From positions 36,590 through 100,589 of the forward strand of contig JBAQNM010000015.1 in the NCBI GenBank assembly GCA_049303795.1: a stretch of DNA of 64,000 nucleotides. The letters run 5' to 3'. Shown here piece by piece: positions 57,155 to 64,000 of this stretch. The stretch comes from Candidatus Moraniibacteriota bacterium (lineage in GTDB: Bacteria > Patescibacteriota > Minisyncoccia > Moranbacterales > UBA2206). Below the pieces are notes generated by a model. It ran no database searches. It saw nothing but the letters and a program-made list of their open reading frames with translations, and was not told the DNA's origin. Within the stretch, counting starts at the first letter, position 1. Each line of letters starts with the position of its first letter. A program made the translations under genes and the position numbers.

Positions 57155-57598
57155 CTATATTTCAGTAATCAAACCTTTTCTAACTAAGGCATCATGTAAA
57201 TCATCCGCCAATAAACGATCATGTAACTCGTCTAATAAATAATTGTCTTCCAAGTGTTGAGCGACTTTCACTGCATGTGCAACGCCTTTTGTTTCAGCTA
57301 GCTGTACTAAGTGTGTGATTTTACTTTCATAATCAAGTTTGTCATTTGCCAATTTTGCATCATCAGAAACATCGTCATGAGCAATTGCTGTTGAACTTTT
57401 TACTTTGGACAAAATCCTATTATAGGCGTCGTCCTTTTCCATTGAACCCTCTAATCTTTCTTTGGTCTCCGGGGCATTAGATATTTTTTCAAGCTCCGTC
57501 TGATTTAATGTGCCATCAGTTTCAATATTTTCTTTTCTATCCAAGCCACCTCCAAACTTAGCTTTCAAATTCAATTCTTCATCGATTGGTTCCAACAT
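57155..57598 (-). CDS. hypothetical acidic protein
   Basis: 147-aa ORF tightly packed between the ATPase and the 110-aa gene. Confidence 0.5.
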   Translation of the reverse strand: MLEPIDEELNLKAKFGGGLDRKENIETDGTLNQTELEKISNAPETKERLEGSMEKDDAYNRILSKVKSSTAIAHDDVSDDAKLANDKLDYESKITHLVQLAETKGVAHAVKVAQHLEDNYLLDELHDRLLADDLHDALVRKGLITEI

Positions 57599-57619
57599 AA
57601 AATTGCACTTAAATAATTA

Positions 57620-57952
57620 TTATTCCACATTCTTCATTTCTTCTTTAAATTCAACAATGATTTTCTGCACCATTTCATCATAATTATACACCTTTTCTTT
57701 TAAAAATGCACCGATTTTTTCAGGATCCATATTTTCATCTATCATTTTTTCATAAGCTTCACGATCGGCATCGTTCAATTTCTCCATCGTTTCAACGAAA
57801 ATCCTCTTTAAAAGCACCTCTGTCATTCTAATTAGCAGCTCTTCTTGTTTATCTTTTGGCAAACTTGAAAGTCCTAATTCTTCAATCAATTCTTTTTGCA
57901 TTTGCAATTGTTTCTCATCTAATTCATCATCTTGATCATTTTGATTGGTCAT
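57620..57952 (-). CDS. small acidic helical protein; paralog of 43401-43730
   Basis: 110 aa. See the shared pattern under 43401-43730. Confidence 0.5.
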   Translation of the reverse strand: MTNQNDQDDELDEKQLQMQKELIEELGLSSLPKDKQEELLIRMTEVLLKRIFVETMEKLNDADREAYEKMIDENMDPEKIGAFLKEKVYNYDEMVQKIIVEFKEEMKNVE

Positions 57953-57984
57953 ATTTTTATTTTATTATTTAATAAGCTACCCCC

Positions 57985-60900
57985 CTAAGCCGTCACTTTT
58001 CTACTTGAAAAAAGTTTAGTAACTCTGGCAACCCAATGCAACATATCTTCCCTATTACCATTGATATTTCCGCCTTCCGTATTGCCAATTCTTGCTTCAT
58101 CTCCCAGAAGATGAACGAAATCAGCTTCTATATTTTTTATTTTTTCAGCTAAAGCTGCATTAACAATTCCATTTTCCCTAGTTGATTCATAGGTTATTTC
58201 CCAAATTCTCCTATTTTTTATTATATCCCAGTTTTTAGGATCACCTAGCGACAATTCTACCATTAAATTCTTTCCAAAAGCTACTTCCTTAGTCATAAAA
58301 GAAGTTGCTTCGACATCATATTTCTCAAGTATTCCGATTGATTTTGAATCTAAATTATCATAGCCAGAATTTGACTGTTCCAAAGATTCAGTCTCAGCAG
58401 GTGTAACGTCTGATTCAACAGGAGCGACAGTTGCAGCTCCTTCTGCGCTATTCAAAGAATCATTTCCGGTTGATGCCGGCTTATTTTCAATATTTTTTTC
58501 CGTATCCAGCGGAGCAGGAGTGGCTTCTTTGGGAGCTGAAATTTCACTATCTGGCGTTTCAGAATCTGCGACATCAATATCTGGATTTCCAATTTCTCCA
58601 TCCATACCCGATTCAACCGCATTATCCGCACTTAAAATTTCAGGCTTTAAGTTTTCAGAGGTATTTTTGATAATTTCTTCCACCTTAGCTGGGGTCAGTG
58701 GTTGATCCGGGTTATCAATCCTCCAGCTAGCTATTTTGGCATTATTTTCAGTAATATTTTTCAACTCTTCGGGATTTAAACTTTCAGCTTGATAGAATGC
58801 ATCTGTAATATCAGAATCGTCCTCAAACAAACTGGACAGGTCGACTTCTTGACCAACATTAATTTCATCAACATTTTCCAATCCAAAACTGCTTGGATCA
58901 TTCGCCACTTTATCTTTCAATGCGTCTATAATATGGGCTTGTATGGCTGGATCGAGTTTGGAAAATCCCTCATAACGCCCTTGCAGTTGCCTATCAATCA
59001 TCTTCCAAACTGAATCGCCTTTTCCGACAATCTCAACGCCCTTAATATTTTCAACTGGCGAATTCGTGTCAAAACCTTTTTCAAAAGCATCCCCAGAGGC
59101 AATAGTCGAACTAGGTCCTGCTTCAGTTTCAAGATCCACTGACAACTCAGGAACTTTTTCTGAATAAATTTCAGAACTAGCGCCAACAGGAATCTCATGA
59201 TTATCTGAAGGAATTTCTGGATTAACCGGACTAACATTCGCATGCTCTGTTAAATTAATTGGTTTACCAATTTCTTCTAGTGAATCATTTCCCACTGAAA
59301 AGTTAGGGTCATACAAAGGAATTGTTGAATTGGTTGGTGGAAGATCAAATCCGGAGTCAGACGGAACCTTAGAGGCGTCCTTGAATAAATTATGAAAAAA
59401 TTCCTTCTTCCTTGCTAAATCAGCAGCTTTATCGGGTCTAAGACCAGAATCACTGCCTGCAGAATCAACGCTAGCATCAGATCCAGGGGAAACATCTGGA
59501 TTAGCATTTGCGTCGCTAGTTAAATCAACTGGCTTGCCGATTTCTTCCAAATGAGTATTTTCTGGTGAAACATCCGGATTAGCATTTGCGTGCTCCGCTA
59601 AATCCACTGGCTTGCCGATAGTCTCCAAGTGAGAACCAGGCAAGGGAACATCAACACTATTTCCAGTTGGAATTTCTGCGCTATTAAAATGACTGAAGAG
59701 GTAGGAGCCAGATCCAACAAGAATACCCGCTGTTATGCCAAAAAGCCTCCTGCTTCTCGCCTTATCCTTTTCCGTTTTTAAACCTTTAGCATATCCGTTA
59801 ATCTCCTCTTGCATTAATTCCTTCATTGCTTCATATTTTGCTTCCGGATTATTTATACTTTCAACATTTCTAATGATTTCTGCTTGTTTTTTTTGTCTTT
59901 CTGCTCCTTCTTTTTTTCTATATCTGACTTCAAGCGCTCCAGTTATACCAGCCCCAGCCATCAATCCAGATAAACCTCTTTTCATGAGTTTAGCGACTCC
60001 TACGGCACTGGCGAGACCAGTGGCACCTGCGAATCCAGCAGTGCCAGCGATGCCAACCGCCACACCAGCAGAAAGAAGCCCAACAGAAGCCAGCATTTTC
60101 AGCTTCCAATCCAATTTTCTATATCCATTAACAAACTTCTCGCTTTTTTTTGCTAGATAGTTAGGCAACTTATATTTATTCTCCCATGCCTCTGTCTTTG
60201 CATTAGTTCGCGCTTCAATAAGATTCATTTGCTCACTTTCGTTATAATACTTTGCCAAAACTTCCATTTTTTCAGTCAGTTCCGTTGGAGAAAGACTTTC
60301 TTTTTTAAGTTCTTTTATTTGATGATCAAGAAGATCTTTAAGTGCATCTTTATAATTGGCGAAATAAATTTTAGATTCTTGAGAAATTTGCTGATTAGGA
60401 CGAAAAAATCTTCCCAAAGTATTTTTTATTCCAGTAATAGCATTTGTCAGTTCATAGTCTTTTTTAGCATAGAGACCTCTCGCTATTTCAACTGCCGTCA
60501 TAAGATCTGCCTCTCGCTCCTTTCCATCAATGCCAGCATATTTCAGGTCTGCTGGAACAACATCCACTACCTCGGGAATGATTACTTCGGCGTTCTTACT
60601 AGTTTCCGGCTTAGCTTCAAAAATTTCCCGCAACGTCATTGTTCCGTCTTGCACACCTTTAACTAGATTCTCAAATTCCTCCACGCTTTCAATAGTCCTT
60701 TCCTCGAATCCACCACCCGGCAATTTAATACTAATTTCGACTATTCCAGTATTTTCTGAATAATCCTTAACAAAAAAAGCATCGCCATTCTTATCAAAAA
60801 CTCTATCATCCGGAGCTTTTTTCAAACCAAGACTATTGCATTTTTCAAAAAATTCTTTTTTACTTATAACACCTTCCTTTTTTACTTCCTCCTTGCTTCT

Positions 60901-61227
60901 AGCTTTATCCTGATAGTCTTTAAATTTTTCAGAATTCTTAAAATCTTCCAGCTGTTCAGATAAGGCTTTAAGATTCTCCATAGAAATATCCTCAGGTTTT
61001 TTAAAACTATCAGACTCTGCTCCGAAAACTTCTTTATACATCTTCTTGAGATCGCTGCGTAAATTTTTTCGTAGACCATTAAGATTCCCTTTGAGATCTT
61101 TATTTGCTAATTCATTTTCCAGTAAATCATTATACGCTTTCTCGCAAGCTGCAAGCAGTTCTGCTTGCTCATTTTTTCCATCTGTTTCAACCTTAGGCTT
61201 TGGTTTATAAACGTCCTCTTTGCTCAT
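57985..61227 (-). CDS. giant membrane protein (1080 aa) with coiled-coil N-terminus, Gly-rich TM hairpins and a C-terminal region with tandem ~28-aa repeats
   Basis: TM block LASVGLLSAGVAVGIAGTAGFAGATGLASAVGVAKL...LSGLMAGAGITGALEV...LFGITAGILVGSGSYLF. Repeats IGKPVDLAEHANANPDVSP / IGKPVDLTSDANANPDVSP / IGKPINLTEHANVSPVNP. Confidence 0.6.
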   Translation of the reverse strand: MSKEDVYKPKPKVETDGKNEQAELLAACEKAYNDLLENELANKDLKGNLNGLRKNLRSDLKKMYKEVFGAESDSFKKPEDISMENLKALSEQLEDFKNSEKFKDYQDKARSKEEVKKEGVISKKEFFEKCNSLGLKKAPDDRVFDKNGDAFFVKDYSENTGIVEISIKLPGGGFEERTIESVEEFENLVKGVQDGTMTLREIFEAKPETSKNAEVIIPEVVDVVPADLKYAGIDGKEREADLMTAVEIARGLYAKKDYELTNAITGIKNTLGRFFRPNQQISQESKIYFANYKDALKDLLDHQIKELKKESLSPTELTEKMEVLAKYYNESEQMNLIEARTNAKTEAWENKYKLPNYLAKKSEKFVNGYRKLDWKLKMLASVGLLSAGVAVGIAGTAGFAGATGLASAVGVAKLMKRGLSGLMAGAGITGALEVRYRKKEGAERQKKQAEIIRNVESINNPEAKYEAMKELMQEEINGYAKGLKTEKDKARSRRLFGITAGILVGSGSYLFSHFNSAEIPTGNSVDVPLPGSHLETIGKPVDLAEHANANPDVSPENTHLEEIGKPVDLTSDANANPDVSPGSDASVDSAGSDSGLRPDKAADLARKKEFFHNLFKDASKVPSDSGFDLPPTNSTIPLYDPNFSVGNDSLEEIGKPINLTEHANVSPVNPEIPSDNHEIPVGASSEIYSEKVPELSVDLETEAGPSSTIASGDAFEKGFDTNSPVENIKGVEIVGKGDSVWKMIDRQLQGRYEGFSKLDPAIQAHIIDALKDKVANDPSSFGLENVDEINVGQEVDLSSLFEDDSDITDAFYQAESLNPEELKNITENNAKIASWRIDNPDQPLTPAKVEEIIKNTSENLKPEILSADNAVESGMDGEIGNPDIDVADSETPDSEISAPKEATPAPLDTEKNIENKPASTGNDSLNSAEGAATVAPVESDVTPAETESLEQSNSGYDNLDSKSIGILEKYDVEATSFMTKEVAFGKNLMVELSLGDPKNWDIIKNRRIWEITYESTRENGIVNAALAEKIKNIEADFVHLLGDEARIGNTEGGNINGNREDMLHWVARVTKLFSSRKVTA
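59200..59650 (-). repeat. in-frame tandem DNA repeats (~84-nt unit) inside the giant ORF
   Basis: Two near-identical adjacent units (59491-59574 and 59575-59650) plus a diverged copy near 59215-59290. Confidence 0.6.
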
Positions 61228-61422
61228 AATTATTCTTTTATTTTATATATCAAAATTATACAACAAAAAAATAAATAGCACCAGAGAAAAAACAATTTAT
61301 CACCAAATAGTATTGATAGATAAAATATGCTATAATAGATTCATAAATTTCGAATACTTTTCAATAAAAAAATATAAGTTTTTTATATTTTAAAAAATAA
61401 ATAAAAATTAAATAAAAAAACC

Positions 61423-63270
61423 ATGATAAAATTCCTAGAAAAAAACCACAAAGTCTTAATTGGACTAATTTTGACTTTTATGTTTATTGTTTCCGCACTC
61501 AACGCTTGGTGGGATAGTGCCATCTTCGACGAAACCGCCCACATTCCCGCTGGCTATTCCTATCTAACGATGCATGACATGCGTCTTAATCCTGAGCATC
61601 CACCGCTCTTGAAAGATCTCGCTGCGATTCCTTTAACTTTTATGAATCTAAAATTTGATACTACTCAAAATTTTTGGACAACTGATGTGAATGGTCAATG
61701 GGTTGCGGGAAATAATCTTTTTTGGCAAATGGGAAACAATGCCGATCAACTAATTTTTTGGGCACGCATTCCCCTCGTCCTCCTTTCTCTAATTTTTGGC
61801 TTATTTATTTTTAAATGGACTAAGGAATTAGCAGGCACAATTGCCGGACTTTTCGCTCTCATACTTTATGCGTTCGATCCAAATATTCTAGGTCATAATC
61901 ACTTTGTAACAACCGACGTTGGTATTGCTGGATTCATGATGCTTTCATTCTATTATTTCTTGCGCTTCATCAAGAACCCCACCTGGAAAAATGTCGCTGT
62001 CGGTGGTTTATTTTTGGCTTTGGTTCAGTTGACCAAATTTTCATCTATTATGCTTTTCCCGATTTTTGGATTAGTTATGATTGTTTACCCGCTAGTCAAA
62101 AAAGTTCCACCAGAAGAAAAAAGTGCCTTTATCTTCAAATTAAAAAAACTAAGTTTCTATTTGGGAAAAAGTATTATAGCTTTTGCCTTTTCAATTATTA
62201 TTGTTTGGATTTTTTATGCTTTCAATAATTATGAAATGCCAAAAGATAAACTAGCTCAAACAATAGACTTCTATTTTGAGACAACCGACACTAATATCAA
62301 AACTGTATACACGAGACAGCTACTACATAAACTAAACGATACTGTAGTGACTCGCCCCCTATCAGAATATGTTCTGGGAATTGCGATGGTTTTCAAGCGT
62401 GTATCCGGAGGAAATGGAGCTTACTTTATGAGTCAAGTTTCCAGCTCAGCTTTTCCTTCATATTTTCCAACCGTGTTTCTGTTGAAAGAAACTCTTGTAA
62501 TGCTATTTTTCATACTTTCCGCAATAATTATCGTGTTTTGGAAAAATATCCTAGCCTTTATTGGGCGTATTAAGCAACAAGCCAAACAACCATCTTGGTC
62601 CAGTTCCATTCAAGATTATCTAAGACATAATATCGAAATCCTCTCCATGTTCCTTTTTATTCTTCTCTATTCATATATTAGCATCACTGGTAATCTTAAC
62701 ATTGGATTTCGTCATCTGTTCCCCATCCTGCCTTTCGTCTATATCCTCACTGCCAGAACAATCGTTAACTTCTATAAAAATATCAAAACTCCTTTTGTGA
62801 AGAAGTCTTTTTTTGCAACAGTTTTTATGCTTTTGCTATTCCTAATTGCCGAAACTGTCGCTGCTTACCCTAGCTATATGTCCTATTTTAATAGAGCAGC
62901 TGGCGGACCAAAAAATGGTTACCATTTTGTAACAGACTCTAACGCTGACTGGGGACAAGACTTGAAAAGGCTGCAACTTTTCTTGAATAAACATCCAGAA
63001 ATTGATAAAATTCGTGTTGATTATTTTGGTGGAGCAGATATTAAATACTACATAAAAGATAAATATATTATGTGGTATGATTCAAAAAGACCAATTGAAT
63101 CTGGCTGGTATGCTATTTCCACCAATTTCCTTCAAGGAAGCATCTATGATAAAGCCAAAGAAAATTCTGCAAGCTACCGCTGGACCCAGAAAATTGAGCC
63201 AATTTATCAAGTTGGCACATCAATTCTTCTTTATTATATTAGCCCAGAAAATGCGAAAGTCTTAAACTAG
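61423..63270 (+). CDS. GT-C fold glycosyltransferase of the PMT/ArnT (GT39/GT83-like) family
   Basis: N-terminal loop WWDSAIFDETAHIPAGYSY (DE motif) and EHPPLLKDL, followed by more than 10 TM helices. Confidence 0.65.
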   Translation: MIKFLEKNHKVLIGLILTFMFIVSALNAWWDSAIFDETAHIPAGYSYLTMHDMRLNPEHPPLLKDLAAIPLTFMNLKFDTTQNFWTTDVNGQWVAGNNLFWQMGNNADQLIFWARIPLVLLSLIFGLFIFKWTKELAGTIAGLFALILYAFDPNILGHNHFVTTDVGIAGFMMLSFYYFLRFIKNPTWKNVAVGGLFLALVQLTKFSSIMLFPIFGLVMIVYPLVKKVPPEEKSAFIFKLKKLSFYLGKSIIAFAFSIIIVWIFYAFNNYEMPKDKLAQTIDFYFETTDTNIKTVYTRQLLHKLNDTVVTRPLSEYVLGIAMVFKRVSGGNGAYFMSQVSSSAFPSYFPTVFLLKETLVMLFFILSAIIIVFWKNILAFIGRIKQQAKQPSWSSSIQDYLRHNIEILSMFLFILLYSYISITGNLNIGFRHLFPILPFVYILTARTIVNFYKNIKTPFVKKSFFATVFMLLLFLIAETVAAYPSYMSYFNRAAGGPKNGYHFVTDSNADWGQDLKRLQLFLNKHPEIDKIRVDYFGGADIKYYIKDKYIMWYDSKRPIESGWYAISTNFLQGSIYDKAKENSASYRWTQKIEPIYQVGTSILLYYISPENAKVLN

Positions 63271-63362
63271 AAGCAGTAGTTCAATCTCTCTGATATAAAA
63301 ACAAGGATAAATAAATTATCCTTGTTTTTATATGTACTAAAATAGATCTAATCTAAAAGGTT

Positions 63363-63974
63363 TTATTTTTTCTTTTTTTCATCTTTCTTTTTTTCATCCA
63401 AAGCAGCGCTTTCTATGTTTTCGACCATACTCTGAGCTCCACTTTTAAATTTATAAAAAACTTTATTATTAACTCGAAGATCAATATATTCTAAATCTTT
63501 TTGGAGATCTTTTTCAATTTTATTTTCCAAAACTGCGCGAAGCACTGAAATTGATTTCTCTAATCCAACACTCTCATTAAAATAAACGATCCATCCATCC
63601 TGAGTCTCTATTTTCAAATCACCCGACATACGATTGGACGTTTCGTAGTTTTTTTTGAAATTAATCCCTGTTTCATCCTGAACTGCCTCAGCTAAACCTA
63701 AAATAAAAAGTCGGAAATCTTTTTCAAGAGGCACTTCGTCATCAAACTGAGAGTTACTCAGATCTTTAAGCGTAACTAAATTTTCCGCCGCTAATTCTTC
63801 CTGGGTGAAATTACTCGCTGGATAGCTCAATCCGTTTTCATCTAACGTGTAACAAGTGCTAGTTCCACAAAGTAACATCGAAAGCTTTCTCTCCTTAATT
63901 ATGAACTCAAGAGTATTTGGAAAAATTTTCTTAATCTGCACATCTTCAATTCGCTTAAAGCCATTTAGCAGCAT
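63363..63974 (-). CDS. ftsQ: cell division protein FtsQ/DivIB-like; the 5' end may extend beyond the window
   Basis: POTRA-like segment RIEDVQIKKIFPNTLEFIIKERK. Lys-rich C-terminus. The ORF start is at the window edge. Confidence 0.5.
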   Translation of the reverse strand: MLLNGFKRIEDVQIKKIFPNTLEFIIKERKLSMLLCGTSTCYTLDENGLSYPASNFTQEELAAENLVTLKDLSNSQFDDEVPLEKDFRLFILGLAEAVQDETGINFKKNYETSNRMSGDLKIETQDGWIVYFNESVGLEKSISVLRAVLENKIEKDLQKDLEYIDLRVNNKVFYKFKSGAQSMVENIESAALDEKKKDEKKKK

Positions 63975-64000
63975 TGTCTTAATTTTGTTTTTCCTAAATA

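Noticed and set aside
59200-59650. Possible CRISPR array, suggested by the regular repeats
   Set aside because: The repeats are ~84-nt in-frame units inside a long ORF with no unique spacers. No cas genes occur anywhere in the window.

Overview
The window reads as a low-GC (roughly 30%), gene-dense bacterial chromosome segment with many small or giant hypothetical proteins. I infer it is CPR/Patescibacteria-like; that is not proven, and standard code with TGA as stop fits the ORFs. The core genes are recognisable from motifs: the priA tail followed by def and fmt, then obg, yidD, an ABC exporter, a short hinge-less SMC, rnc, nusB, rpmF, a cyclophilin, dnaX, tRNA-Gln(UUG), dnaA, rlmN, an NRAMP transporter, rpsP-rplJ-rplL, a PMT-type glycosyltransferase and ftsQ. 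Between about 19.7 and 36.4 kb lies a compositionally patchy accessory block with GC-richer genes. It carries a proteasome-beta-like Ntn hydrolase with a membrane partner, two radical-SAM enzymes (one SPASM-type sitting next to a split coaB/coaC pair and a TrmB-family regulator), a LUD-domain protein, a pentapeptide-repeat protein and HAD hydrolase paralogs including a remnant. It also carries two paralogous membrane-protein cassettes driven by near-consensus sigma70 promoter modules that share a conserved ~110-nt leader, and a ~450-nt noncoding unit bounded by a promoter and a terminator. Each of the three structured or terminator elements in this block is followed by a copy of a ~50-nt direct repeat. 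A second notable locus (53.3-61.3 kb) is a minus-strand operon that joins a VirD4/TraG-like membrane-anchored P-loop ATPase to small acidic proteins and a 1080-aa membrane protein with tandem C-terminal repeats. A paralogous small-protein plus giant-protein module lies at 40.3-43.7 kb. No CRISPR array, rRNA or recognisable transposase/integrase was seen.
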